Source: Phoronis australis (lineage: Eukaryota; Animalia; Phoronida). Taken from it: DNA of 64,000 bases. The notes under the pieces were generated by a model. The model worked only from the letters and a program-made list of their open reading frames with translations, did no database searches and had not been told where the DNA came from. The DNA lies in assembly GCA_002633005.1 (NCBI GenBank), contig NMRA01000110.1, positions 622,448 to 686,447 of the forward strand. Reading direction: 5' to 3'. A program made the translations under genes and the position numbers. Positions 35,117 through 48,917 of the stretch are shown piece by piece. The first letter of the stretch is position 1. Every line of letters starts with the position of its first letter.

Positions 35117-36875
35117 CTTTACTAGGATAAGTTCCTAGCAAAAACTTACAGCGTACCATTTCAAAGCAAACTGCTGTGACAGGTTTTACTCTTTGGATTT
35201 GAAGTCGTACCAAAAGCTAGATTTTGCAGCACGACTCCACAAAAGAGTTTTTCGCCTTTAGGTTAGTGGAAAGGCAGCCCACTGTTATGTAGTTAATGTT
35301 TAAGAAATCGTTTTGTGGGTTTTAAAATCCTTAAAAGATTATAACATTATCCACGTGGAAAAACATAAGATGGCTTAAGACTACGCAAACTTTCAAATTG
35401 GGGCGTAGACCAGCTTAAAAATATACAAATATAATAGTATGTTGCAAAGCGCCTCAGTAAGAGGGAACGTCCATAACTTCTTTTCCCGCTGACTTTCAAA
35501 ACACAAACTAGTCGAGTAATGACCCTCTTCCGTTATCTTATTTAATTATCATAAACTAAACATTGTCCATCCCTAGCAATCAACTACTTTTAAAATATTA
35601 GGTCATTTTGCCACTCGTTTAGGGCACTTGTAAACGCCCAGCCCCTACAACGACAAAAAGGGACATATTTATTTAAGAGAAATTATAAAAAATATCATGG
35701 AAATTGTATAATCCTTTATCCTCATTTTAACGTGACTAACAATTACCTCGACAAAAGCTTGGAAATTTGTGTTCACTCGTCCGTGTTTTTATTATTTTTG
35801 GTTTAATTAAATCATATTGTATAGCAATAAAAGGCCCAGTCAATCCCCTTTCCAATGATATCACAGTCCGTCAGTAAATGTTTATGTATTTAGTAACTTT
35901 GCTTTTCCAAAGAGAGCGCTTGGTTTCAAGGTGAATGTTGCAAATTCAGTTGGAGCAAAATGTGGTAAATGTTTGAGCAATCAGGTTTTTCAGTAGCAAT
36001 CACAGTGCTGTTTCCATGGTAATAAAAAATGTATGACAATTTGGCAACACTTAAATACCATATTTATTAAACAACTGCCTGATAGACAATAGTGACAATC
36101 ACAACAAGAGTTAAAAATCACGAATATTCTTTAAACCGTATTTTACACATCGCTTCGCTTAGTTTTGTGAATCCGCAACAGGTGGAGAAAGCGTGGTCAG
36201 TATGCTCCACTACGGTGGGAACTTAAGCAAGTCCATTGAAAAATGCCCAAATTTGGCTAACTCCGAAACAGTGGATCTCAGAAAAGAAGATTGGATTCAT
36301 ATGCCAAACTTTCAGCTACCATTCTGTATACACTGTTCTGCAATATCAATGCGCTTTTAGGGATTGTTTCTAAAACTTGTGTTCCACTTTTACATGAGGG
36401 GATATCAAAAATAGAACTTTTATGGTTTTCACGAACAAAGTAAAAATGAAAGGGAAACAAAATTATACATTAGAAAATTGTAACAGCGTTATTGAGAGAT
36501 CACCAAATAAAGTATGACCATGTTATTGGTGCCGTTGTTTTGCTGTCGATGCTATACATGGCCACGTGACTCATGTACGCAATCGAAAAATCAACTTCTA
36601 CTTACTTTCATTGTACTAGTTTCAAGAGAGTGTGTACTTTTAAAGTATCTAGTTTGTAAATATACGGCTAAATACGCCTAAGTGCCGTTACAGTATCGGT
36701 TTAGCAGTTAGAGAGTGAATTGAACAAAAACAGCACCGCCTGTATAAGGGAGGTCTTCATTACTATAATGTTGTCTCTATAAGGCTTGCTGAATCTGACA
36801 AAGTTGTTAAACCTTGCAGCTGTTTAGAGCTGATTACAACTGTTAATGATAGTTTCGGTGTGTTCAAGGTTTTAG

Positions 36876-36990
36876 TAAGGTCCTAGCGCCAGCCTGGGTC
36901 TTAGCGTAGGTCCTAACGTAACGGTCCTAGCGTAGGTCCCAGCGTAGGTCCTAGCGTACAGGTCCTAGCGTAGGTCTTAGCTTAGGTCAT
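36876..36990. repeat. ~12-bp degenerate tandem repeat (gtaggtcctagc)
   Basis: Repeated gtaggtc(c/t)tagc units. The same motif occurs near 54440. Confidence 0.8.
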
Positions 36991-39054
36991 AGAGTTGCTG
37001 AACTCTTCCCAGCTCTTAATAAATACATGTAGAGTAACAAACAATTAAAAACTGAAAACAGTAGGAAAGAAGAAAGAGGGAAAATTAGTCAACAGCAATG
37101 ATGTAACAGTAACAATAATAACGAGACTGCAGCAACAGCGTTACATAATCGTAATATAAAAAACTGACTTTTCCGAATGTTTATATTCGGTCTTAACTTG
37201 GCCAAATTTCGTAGGAAAAGTTTTGGTCTTCAAGGGGCTTCATTTTCAAATTCCTCTAAAAAACGTACCACTTCGGTTAATCTATGAATTTTCAAGTGGG
37301 CTCAGTCATTAACATAAAACTGAAATACAGCAGAATGGTGTACAACTAAATTGCCAAGAGTAACACAATAAACCTACAGCTTTATGGATAATTTCACGAA
37401 TAAACGAGTGAAAAGGTTACAAAAATGATAAGCTTAAACTAATATTAATAGATTGGTGCCAGGAAGGTAAAGCCCGCCTTCCATCACAAAATCAATTTTT
37501 AAATTGTGTTGAATTGTTGTAATGAGATTGGTCTCAACTTGTGTCTTAGCCATATTATTACAGGTAATTTCAGGCTTTCTAGATAAATTACGGTGTTGGC
37601 TCCGCAAGTAAACTTGTCGCTTGTCTTATTTCACGTGCACAACATGGTGTCAAGGAATGGCGAACTGTCTCTTATGTACCCAGAAATACCCTCTCATCAG
37701 AGTAAAGGCCTTTAGAGCATTGATAGAGCGAAGAGAAGTCAAAAGTTGAAGTTTTGGATAAGTCTCAAGTCAGCTTTCATGAAAGGGCCACTGGCTTTCG
37801 TTTAGAATGTAACGAACTATTTACATATACATAGGGCAAGGGTCAATTATATAAACCTTTTAAAAAGTTCATAAAAGATGTTCAATTGTAGTTAGTGGTG
37901 TTTCTTTTATAATTGTTCATTATACATAACATATCGTGAAAAAAGATTTATTCTGAGTTTAATAAATTTCATGACGCTAATGCTTTCAGAGATCCATACG
38001 GGTAAGTACTTCGTTTAGCCATTTACATCGAGAATTTCAACAAAAGTCTTGAAACTCTTAACATTTTGATTGGTAAATGAGGACAGCCTACTTGGTTTCA
38101 ACAACGCATTTGTTAAAAAGTCACGAATCGGAGCCTAACTTTAGGATACGTGATTCAATGCAACTATTGAAACATTGTTTTCTAATAGTGGCGCTGCAAA
38201 TTATGTTGGATGTTGTTATATTGTGTCCTCGATATAACCATGGTAACAAGTAGGGTCAAAGAAGAGCTTCAACACATGAACTGCAGTGTTATTTTTTACC
38301 TACGGTAACAGAGCGTGGTCAGGTATAGGCCTACGTGGGAATACATTTTTCTGTTACGCAACTTAGAGTAGGCTACCCGTAAGCAGTTTAAACTGAATCC
38401 GAGATTGTATCGAAGTAAGCTTACACGCAAGTGATATCCAGAATTTTTTTTGCTAACACTGTTCGTCTTAGTGGCAGATGATACACGGGACATGTAATGT
38501 TTTCAAATTCATGTTACTCTCATTTCGAACACACAAAACTAGTAAACGTTGTTGCCTGGTAGGCAAAGTTTGACCCGTGACCTCTAATTAAAGGAGCAAT
38601 CTGAAAGAGTAGTGGACAGGTTTTGAAAATGCACAAATCTTGTGACTGTTGTGGTCGCAAAAAGTTTGCCATAAATGCAGCAGAAGTATAGAACAAATTT
38701 TTACTAATTGGAATTCATTGCAGTACAAGAATCGCGATGACTTGAGCAACAATTGGTAGAAGAAAGTGCGGTGTTGTTCAAACAGGACCTTAGGAACGAC
38801 GATCGAACGTGAAAAACACGAGTTGGGCCGAGATCTGGGAATCAGTGGCCAGGCCAGTACAGATGTAAACGGTTTCGCTTTGGCCTCATGTGACGCTGGG
38901 CCACCAACTGGCGTAACTGGTGAAAATGCAGTAATCCTTGAAATGCGACAGTTTGAGCTTCTTAGGTCTACGAAAACTGTGTGAATGGAATGTTGTGACA
39001 ATTTGAGCAGTTCGCAACATTTCATAGTCAAATGCGACCCTCTGGGACCTGAAC

Positions 39055-39121
39055 GGTTTAGTACATGTAGATGCATATAGAGGGAGTCACTCCCTCTATA
39101 TGCATCTACATGTACTAAACC
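39055..39121. repeat. Perfect palindrome, 33-bp arms with 1-nt spacer
   Basis: ggtttagtacatgtagatgcatatagagggagt-c-actccctctatatgcatctacatgtactaaacc. Confidence 0.95.
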
Positions 39122-41434
39122 ACGGTGGACAGAACTGGAAGACCAACACTTTCGCTGGTTTGGTTAATCGTCTAAGTGACTAATTACACAGAAAATAACT
39201 TTGACGTACCTGTATAAACTATATCATTGATCCATTTTTCAATTTGTTTATTCTCCCTGAGCTGACCTCCCTTTCATTACGTAACAGTGAATAATTCAAC
39301 TGAGTGCCATGCGGGAGTGCCACAAACGCGCCGGGGACTCGTCATACCGATCAAAGGTGGCATGCCCAGCTTCCAGTCATCACAGACTCGGACTGCCCTG
39401 AAATTTCCAATCGCGAATTGCTTCAGCAATTAAATGAACATTTGAACAAATTGAGAAATGATTTGTTTAAATAAATGAACATTTGAACAAAGTGAGAAAT
39501 GATTTGTCTAGAGAAATTGATTCTATCGGACTTCAGTATGGTGAGTTGTGAAGAGAGAATGACATGCTGTGAAAACGCCGTGAGCAATCTTGATGACAAA
39601 ATCACTACGCGACATTACAAACGGTTCTTGGAATCAGTTGACGCACATAAATGTGTAGAAAACTTAATAAGAACGGGCACGTGTATCGGAAGAAAACGAA
39701 GATCCTGATATTATTAATGAGTTTGGAACACGATCAGAAGACGACGAGCATAAAATCGTGGCCATTTTTGGACAAGTTAATGTGTCCAATCTCGTTACTA
39801 TTCGCAGCGTTACTCGCCCGGGAACACGCCAAACACAGTGCTTCGGCGGTACCTTTTCTCCCCCGCGCCGGCCCCCACAATCGGCAATGCAGCAAAAAGG
39901 AATGTTGTTTTGAACCAAGCAAAGCATCTCACTGGCACGGAAGACAGACATACCAAAAATGGACAAATGTCACATACATGTACGATCGGCATGCTACGCG
40001 CTCTGTTTTGGTTGATACACGTAGGTTAAAATATGCATTTTCCCCTTATAGTGTGTAGATAGCCTCAAAATACTAACGTTGAACATAAATGGTGCCACTT
40101 CTAAACATGAAGCATCAGACCACCTTAAGCTATTTTCTCAGTATGACACAGTTTGCCTTTGCTCATTTACCTTTTTCGTTAATAGGGTTACATTGGTTGA
40201 GAAGTCGCATTATACCCGGTGAGGAGAACCGTGGGGTGGCGCCTGTGTTTAAGTCCCGTATGTGGAACGAGTTGCATGCAGTGGAATCATTTAAGGACCA
40301 ATTGTGGTTCAAAATATCAAGTTTTCCCTTGACTAGATTTGGGTTTATATTGCACCACGAGATTCACAGTTCCTTACAGACAACTCATTTAACATCCTGA
40401 GATTTACTCACGAACTCGTTTTATCGGAATGTTGAGCATGTGGTGTCAAAGACCCAAAGGTGTCGCGACAATCGATAAAGTTTTCTTCGATAACAAAGCT
40501 TTTGCACATACTTTGCCAGAGTAAGCCAAACTAAACCATCCTATGAACGATGTTTTAACTCTCGTTGAGAGGCTATTACAAACTCCTTGGGGGGCCCAGG
40601 GGCCTCCCCCTTGGCTGCCGCAAGTAAAATGAAACAGCAAAAGCGTGAGGAAATATTGAGTTCAGGAGCTAGGACGATGGGGGAGGGGGGGAGCTTAGAC
40701 GCGGATACACGTTCCCGTTTTTTTTAGTCCACCGGTAGATTTTCTGAAGAGGTCAACATCCTCGGTCCCCGCAACTTTCGGCCTGCCTGTGCAACATACA
40801 ACCGCGCTTTGCCCAATTCCCCGAGGATGTTGAACCCCGCCCCCCCCCCCCCTTATGATGGCCAAACTAACCCATCCTATGAACGATGATAACTCTCGTT
40901 GCAAGGCGATTACAAACTCCTTATATAACGCTTGTTTTACTGCTAGAATTACTGAAATTGCGAGCCAGTTAACCATCAAGGTACACCAAACATGTCTTCT
41001 TGTTGGTGTGGAATAATCTGAACTCTAGTGAGGTATGGAAGGCCATTAACTGGAGTGGGTCATTCGATGCTTCTATAGATGACCTAGACAAACCAACTGA
41101 TGGCCAATTTTGTACCCACTACCGCCACCTTTTGTTTGACGCATAGACCAGTTTTGCAGAAATAGGCGATGTATACGTCCAAGTGTTGGCTGGTTATTTC
41201 ATACCTGACGAGGTGTTTACCCGAATTTGTAAGATCAGTTCAAAAGCAGCGGATACTGACGTGCTGCCACCTGGCGTACTTAAAGCGTTGGTCGTTGCCG
41301 TTCAGTCCGTAGTCCAGACGAAACCAATTTTCCAATGCCTCATATCAATCATAATTTTGTAAAGCACCAGGTTTGTTCTTTTGTCCAATGTCACGAGACA
41401 ATAATGTACGACTCTAAAAGAACACGCATCAACT

Positions 41435-43030
41435 CAAAACTGTTGTCAAGAAATAAAAAACACAACGCAGTAGCGTTTTAGTTGTCGTATTTCTTCGGAG
41501 AAACAAGGATGCTACACTAAACTTTAAGGAGGAATTCAATTTCAGAAGCCAAACACGTTAAAAATTACCAGTTTCTGTCACTAAAATTTCAATTCATTTC
41601 GGCCAGTATTTTATTGCCCTGCATACATCATTAATATATTCCATAATTCCTCTGCACCACCCAATATTCGCTTAGATCAACTTTAGATATATCAGGGGCA
41701 GACGGCGACACCTATTGATGTAGAGAAGCATTGTTGAACTACAACAACCATTGAACTGCTCAGTTTACAAATGATGGCTGACGGACTTGCGTAAATAAAC
41801 AAGAATAAATAAATAAATAAATAAATAAATAGATAAATAAGAATAAGTAATTAAATTGTAGTAACAATCAAACAAGTTCTCACCCATGTCAGTAACTGTC
41901 ATTTTTTCCAGTAGGTTATGATGCGATGTATAAATAAAAATGCTCAAGTTCCTTGGGTACATGGGTAATGAAAGGGCGTGGGGCTCACGTTGATGGGTGA
42001 TGCGGGGCGTGGCGCTCACATTGATGGATGATCCCGGGCGTATCGCTCGCATTGACAGTTTACTAGGCTAGGTTTCCAACAAAACGTACAGTGTACCATT
42101 TCAGAATAAACTCCTGTGACAGGGTTCACTTTTTGGGTTTGAAGCCGTACTAAAAGACAGCTTTTACAGCTCGACTCCACAAAAGAGTTTTTCGTTTTTA
42201 GGTTAGTAAAAGGCAGCCCCAGAGTTAAGTATTTAATGTTTAATAAATCGTTTTGTGAAGTTTAAAATCCTTAAAAGATTAAAATATTATCGACATGGAA
42301 AAACATAACAAGATGGCTTGAGACTATTCAAACTTTCACAAGATGGCGTTGACCAGCTTAAAACTGTACAAATACACTAGCCTGGGGCAAAGCGCCTTAG
42401 CTAAGCGAAAACGTAAGGAACTTCTTTTCCCTTTGACTTTCAAGACTCAAACTAGTCGAGTAATGACCCTCCTCCGTTATCTTATTTAATTATCATAAAC
42501 TAAACATTGTCCATCATTGGCAATCAACTATTTTATACAAATTAGGGCATTTGCCACTTCCTTGAGGCAAAACACCGAAACCTTAGAACGATAAAAAAGG
42601 ACATGTTTATCTAAGAGAAATTATAACCTATCATGGCAATTAAATATTCCTTTATCCACAGTAACTTGACTAATAAACACATCAATAAAAGTTTGGAATT
42701 TTGTGTTCACTTGCCCGTGTTTTTATAATTTTTAGTCCAATTAATTTATATTGCATACTGATAAAAAGCCCACAACCCTTTCCAACGATACCACACAACG
42801 CCAATAACTTTGTTTCCAAAGAGGGCGCTTGGTCTCAAAGGGAATGTAACAAGTTCAGTTGTAGCTAAATGTGGTAAGTGTTTGAGCATTCAGCTTTTTC
42901 AATAGTACTTACAGTGCTGGTTCCATGGCAATAAAAGCGTATGGCAATTTGGCAACACTTAAACACCTTATTTATTGAACAACTGACTGATAGGTAGTAG
43001 TGACAGTCTGACTGATAGACAACAGTGATA
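41435..43030 (+). repeat. Copy 2 of the diverged non-coding duplication
   Basis: Colinear with 33807-36095. It lacks the ~0.6-kb segment containing the MITE and has fewer 31-bp units. Confidence 0.85.
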
Positions 43031-44734
43031 GTCTTCTCAGTTGACGAACCATTCCTAGTCACTACCGAACACCAACACACGTTCGCAAGTTGTTCACTAG
43101 CCTGGTGACGCGTTGCTGTGTGATGGCATTCCAATCCTGAGTCAGTTAGTACCTGCCACAGTGGTTGTGTTGGTCATTCGTGGTGTTCGATAGGGTTCAA
43201 GTCTGGGCTTCGTGTGGGCCATTCCACCGTGATTTGGAACCAGAACACCAGGCGTGCGTTCGGTAACGCTAGGACATACTCTAGAGCCTAGCTAAAACCT
43301 GGCCAAAGTCAGGTGCGAGAGAACGTTCTCACGTTACCCTCCGCCAAACTTTCAAGTCAAGCGTGCTTAAATACATACTCCGACGGATTTTTTAGTCTGA
43401 GAATGACTTGACAAAATTTTTATCTGGTCATATTTTTGCGTGTTGCTTATATCGCTGAAAATGGCAACAGTCCACTATTCTGAGGGTTCACTACTCCGAA
43501 GGTTCATTACACCGAAAATATCTAAAATTTTGATCCCAGGAATAATTTTTGTACGTTTGCATGCAAAAGTAAACGATACTTCGGATATTAGATGCGCTGA
43601 GTGGTGTACCTATACTGAAAACAACGTCCGGTACCTATTGATTTCATGTGCATACGAAAATGCCTGCAAGTCTTACGAATACGGAAAACTACTGATGTAC
43701 GTTCTTGTATTTTTAAAAGGTTATCAAACCCGGATTTGGTTTTTGACTTTCCCATCCAGCTCTTTGAGACAGAATAATACTCTGTAACCATTAACAACCT
43801 TCAAAACTTTGCTGAGCAATTTGGATTGTCCTTTCAAAGTTTGCTGACCGGGCAAGCGTGACCTACGCTTTTTACGAATTACACGACTGTAAGAAAAGTC
43901 CACCCACAAAGGACCATATTGTCCAAACTGTGACATGGGGTTTAGGAATTTTCAACTGAATCCTCTAAACCCTATTTTGATGATTTCAACCAATCCTCGT
44001 TCTCTCACTTGCTGAGGTATTATTGGCGTCACTCTTGGAAGATAAAATAGAAATCAGCTAAGAATTCATACCCACTATATCGCGAATTGTACATTATGGT
44101 CCTTGGTGGGTGGTCGTTTCCCACAGATGCCCTGTAACTCGCTAAAAGCGTGGGTCATGCACGCTTGCCCCTTTAGCAGAATTTGTCATTAGTTTTCTAG
44201 TTTTCTAATTTTCTAACTTTAGAGGGTTGTCGAGACGTTAGAGAACATTTTTTAAGGAATTGGACGAGAAAGTCGTTTTTGTATCCGTTCATAGGACAAA
44301 ACCGGTGTTGGAATACTTTTAACTTGGAAGATTGACACCAGAGATGCATCAGCAGGTGATAGAACGAGGATTGATGGAAATCATCACAGGGTTTACTATC
44401 CGTTCAAAACAATACGAAGTAGGGATATTTGACATCACCTTCAATTCAAAATCTGAAATGCCTGCACATTACCATACTATGTTAGCAAGTATACCAAAAT
44501 AGCAGACAACAAACCTATTTTCTGCTGTTTTGTTTCTCTGTCGATTTCAAGACATTCAAGCTACACTATTTTTGAGAGCTCTTTCGCTGCTCTAAAGCTT
44601 AGCAACACGTAGTTATAGATATTTACTTCTAGAGTCCGTTGTTACTCTATGGTGTATCGTTGGCTAAATGGGTGGACGTTACGCCGTTAATTGTTGGAGG
44701 CGTAATTAATTGCGACGTAAAGAAATAAGTTGTG

Positions 44735-45125
44735 GCGTAAAGTAATTATTTACTGCGTAAAGTAATTATTTACGGCGTAAAGAAATTATTTGCCTCGTAA
44801 AGTAATTACTTACGGCGTAAAGAAACTTTGTAGAGCGTTAAATAATTAATTTCGGCGTAAAGTAACTTTTAGCCTCTCAAGCACTTTACGACGTAATGTA
44901 AGAATTACTTTACGACGTAATGTAAGAATTACTTTACGACGTAATGTAAGAATTACTTTACGACGTAATGTAAGAATTACTTTACGACGTAATGTAAGAA
45001 TTACTTTACGACGTAATGTAAGAATTACTTTACGACGTAATATAAGAATTACTTTACGACGTAATGTAAGAATTACTTTACGACGTAATGTAAGAATTAC
45101 TTTACGCCGCAAATAATTACTTTAC
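44735..45125. repeat. Foldback-like array: ~21-bp cgtaaagtaattattta units followed by an inverted 24-bp array (gtaatgtaagaattactttacgac, ~9 units)
   Basis: The core cgtaaagtaatt on the left is the reverse complement of aattactttacg on the right. Confidence 0.85.
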
Positions 45126-45227
45126 TCCTCTGCCGACAAGAATTAACTTACGCACGTAATTTGATTGAGTAACGTTCAGGCATTTGACTAACGATAATAT
45201 CGACGATAATGGTATAGTAACCACGCG

Positions 45228-45484
45228 CGTCCAATGCCAATGAATGACGTAAAGCCTCCTCTAATCGCCTGCATGAGGATGTCATCTGCGCAAACACCAC
45301 TCGGGCGAAGTTGGGCCCTGGACCCAGGTAGGGCCCTATGATTACGTGAAGCGCTTTGAATGGGAAGCAAATTCTCAAATATAATCGTAGTTAGTAGTGC
45401 CAGTAGCTGCAACAGATTTGTTGTTGTTGTTGTTGTTGTTGTTGTAGTAGTTGTTGTTGTAGTAGTTGTTGTTGTTGTTGTTGT
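45228..45484 (+). mobile_element. SINE/LINE 3' tail followed by (GTT)n/(GTA)n microsatellite
   Basis: Homologous to 18275-18430. The gtgaagcgctttga motif is followed by a simple-repeat tail. Confidence 0.6.
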
Positions 45485-45835
45485 CCATCTATACCCTATC
45501 TCTAACAGATAGGCTGAGGCTGGACCTTTTCCGCACGGGTGGGGGTTCGATCGAACCCCTCGAACCCCCGCTGGCTACGGGCCTGACTGACCTGCACCTG
45601 AAAAGTTTCTACCGTTTTACGGTATCTTATTCAACAGATGTTCATTGACGGGTTACCTACACTCACGAGGTGGCGCTTAGGAAAAATTTTTTTAGACATA
45701 TGAATAGATTAACAGCAGAAAGCATTGAGTGGGATAGCGGTGACCCCACGTGACTACAGAATACATATAAGTAGGATTGTTGCCCTACCAACATCTTAAA
45801 AAGGATATTAAAATCTGTTTTCGGTGAGTTCAAAC

Positions 45836-45994
45836 CAGTGCTGTAGTGGTAAAATTTGAGGTAAGTAGACGCCCAAAACCCAGCTTATCACCTTGAGCAC
45901 TGAACGTAATTACAGTGCGTAGGCGCTACGTTCAAATGCCAAAAGGTGGTTGGCTGCATGCGCCTACGTGCGCCTACGCCCCACTACAGCACTG
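45836..45994. mobile_element. hAT-type MITE, 14-bp TIR, 8-bp TSD
   Basis: CAGTGCTGTAGTGG...CCACTACAGCACTG with perfect gttcaaac at 45828-45835 and 45995-46002. Confidence 0.9.
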
Positions 45995-48840
45995 GTTCAA
46001 ACAGTCCTCGTTCTGTCACCTGCTAAAGTGTCATTGACGTCCCAGCTGAGTGACAAAAGCAGGATTCTTAAATTCGTACTTTCTGCGTCACAGACTGGAT
46101 ATTATGGAGCTTTTTGAGCAGTCTTTTTTGCAGTTATGTAACACGCCTAAAGCGTAAGGCCACGCTTGCTCGCTTACCAGCCTTTGTAAAGACTTTAAAA
46201 TTTTGACCGAAATTTTTGAGGGTTATAGAGTTACATGGAATTATTTGGTTTCAGAGAACTGAGTATGAAAGTCGGTTATAGTATCAGTGCTAGTAGCCAC
46301 TATCAACATTGGTATCGGCCATTCCCGACATGACATCTGCAGGCGCAGTTGAGAAAACATTTAAAAGTGTATTACAATTTTTAAATTATTTTTTTGTGAG
46401 AATTAACTGTTTAACCTATGGATATAAAATACAAGTTTGCCTTAACATAACCTACCTTTTCGTCCAACCATTTTCTTCAACTGTATTAGCCATCAACTTC
46501 ATGACGTCTCCCACGTCCATGTCTTCATAGTCCTCTCTCCTGTAAATCGTTCACTCTTTAACTACGAGCGTCCCGAAATAAAATGTCGATGAATCGATCA
46601 CTCGGATAAAGATGACGTCATGCTATTATGCTTTTTGATGACGTACCTAACTGTACTCACCGAATAATTCTGACGCTTTCTATTTCTTGAGTCATTTTTT
46701 CTTGCATACAAAAGTGGTCCGATCATTACTTTTAATATGATGTAGGACTTTTTTGAAATAATTTCATTTATCTTATCAAACGCTCAGAAAATATAGACAG
46801 ACGGCAAGCAATAAAACTGACTGGAATGATAACGAAAATTAAAAAGATATCTGTTTTCCCAGCCGATCCCATTCACCCATTGCCATATGGTATATGCAGT
46901 CTTCTGCGAACAGAAGAATCATAAGGATCAATGGACTGTTGAAAGCTTTGAGTTGGCAATATTTTTTGGAAAATAAATTTCTCAATTTTGTAATATTCAC
47001 ATACAATTAGTGTTGAAACGTGACAAACTTTTGTCAATCTCGGACGCTATCACCTGATAGAAAAAGAAGGTTGTTAAGAAACGTGTGGTCCTGTGAATTT
47101 GTCGAAGATTATGTCTTCAATACCATAGGTCAGATATCGATACAAACTAACTGTTTGATTTGTCCAATGAAACGAAGAGGACCTAAAGAATGCACGCCAC
47201 ATTTACACGACCACTAGATGTAAACAACTGCCTTTGGTTCTTCCCCTCAAATGCTACTCCAGCTTCCTGTCAGGAGAGTGCTGGTGCTAAGAACATTTGT
47301 TAAACGAAATTGAAACCTCTTTAGTTTTGAATTACTTGTAAATTGGAATTTCACTTACCACTCTTTACTTAAAAAGAGTTTAAAACTTCCATTTTGCAAG
47401 AAATTTTGAAGTTTTGTACAGGACTTAACCAGGCTTACAAACAAGATTTTTCTGGCGTCATTCATGTTTGTCAGAAAATTCATAACATGCAAATATTGTG
47501 CATAAAACTTCCCGCAACACAAGTATCCATTGCAAAAACTCGTTGTTGCCATCGTAGTTCATACGCTGAACAGGAAAGTTCCAAATGCGATCAAAATGCA
47601 GAGGATCGCCGCGGGTATTTAAAAGAATATTCACAGAGAAACTATTTTGCGACACCTGTTAACGAAACAGCGTTACCAAACCAACTCGAAAAGTATACGT
47701 TTTCTGAAAGTAAAATGTGTAGACTTTTTATCGTCAATTGGGTCTCGTGACCATGTCTTTTTAGTAAAATTCAGCAAAGGAAAAAAGGGTACTTTGATTG
47801 CAAACCAACTCAACTTTGTATATCAATAGCAACAGGATCATAATTTCATATCAAAGTCGCAATTGCATTAATTTTTCTAAATTATGATTTCGTTTCCGAT
47901 TCCAGCAACATTTTAAAAACAGAACCAAACAGCGTTTCCGAAAACAGAGCCCAGAACAAATACCGCTATTGCAGAAATGAAACGTGAATCAGATCAACCA
48001 TTTTTCAACTATATATATGACGTTCCGAAAAATGGCGAACGATGTCAAAACACATTGCAACCTTTGTCGGTGTTATCAGACTCGTTATCAGCATCAAACC
48101 TCAGTTACAGTCGGTCGTTGAACGACAAAATGTAACCTGGATTAATTTTTTACGTTTTTTACAGTAAATCACAGGCGTAGCAAGATTTAGTGTGAAGGAG
48201 CGAACCAAATGTGAGCGCACTTCAACACCAGCTTCCGATTTTTGCTCCCGCCACTGGCTTTGCCTTCACGTGCACCCCGTTGACACGAGTCATACTCATA
48301 ACAGTTTCACATGCGTCCCCTTTGTGAAAGTAAAAATTGAGGGTGGCGAATTCGAGTTTGCCAAACTTTTGTGGCGGCCTTTAAAACTAATTCCTTCTTA
48401 TCGCCAGCACTTCAGCTCAATAGGCACCGCAACTTCCGCATACCCCTCGTCACAAGATTACAGACTTTTCTGTTTCGGAGACCATTCCCGTGAAGACGTC
48501 CATCCATAATCTTGGGAATCCACCCTTCAACACATGATTTCGCCACATAGGATCACTGGTCATGGAATTAGTCTCAATTAAACAGGGTCCAACAAATGAA
48601 TCTCGCGGTATTTACCCACAATGCCGCAACATCCGTTGGAGTTTCTAATGTTATGAGTTGTTATTGCCTTGCTTTTTCAATTCTTTCTTGACTTAATTTA
48701 TTCCCGGTATTCGGCTCAGTTTCCAATGCCAACAACGTTTCATTGCTGTGACGCAATTCATACGGTGAGCTGTACGTGATGTAAGGAATTTAAGAAAATT
48801 TCGCTTTAGGTACAAGTACTGAAGGCTCAAAATGAACTAA

Positions 48841-48917
48841 CAATTCTTACTGACTGATATCATGTCAACTCTTACTGATTGATATCATGTCAATTCTTAG
48901 TGATTGATATCATGTCA
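48841..48917. repeat. 25-bp tandem repeat, 3 units
   Basis: caattcttactgattgatatcatgt variants. Confidence 0.85.

Larger units (their letters stand above)
33807..36095 (+). repeat. Copy 1 of a diverged ~1.6-kb non-coding duplication (copy 2 at ~41435-43030)
   Basis: Colinear shared blocks: aaaactgttgtcaagaaataaaaaacaca, ggcgacaccta, ctcaagttccttgggta, cgactccacaaaagagtttttcg, aactagtcgagtaatgaccctc, aatttggcaacacttaaa. Confidence 0.85.

Noticed and set aside
33807-43030. LTR retrotransposon with the duplicated blocks as LTRs
   Set aside because: No gag/pol remnants, PBS or clear TG...CA ends seen.
44846-45112. ORF encoding (LRRKVILT)n
   Set aside because: Simple translation of a 24-bp minisatellite with no real ATG.
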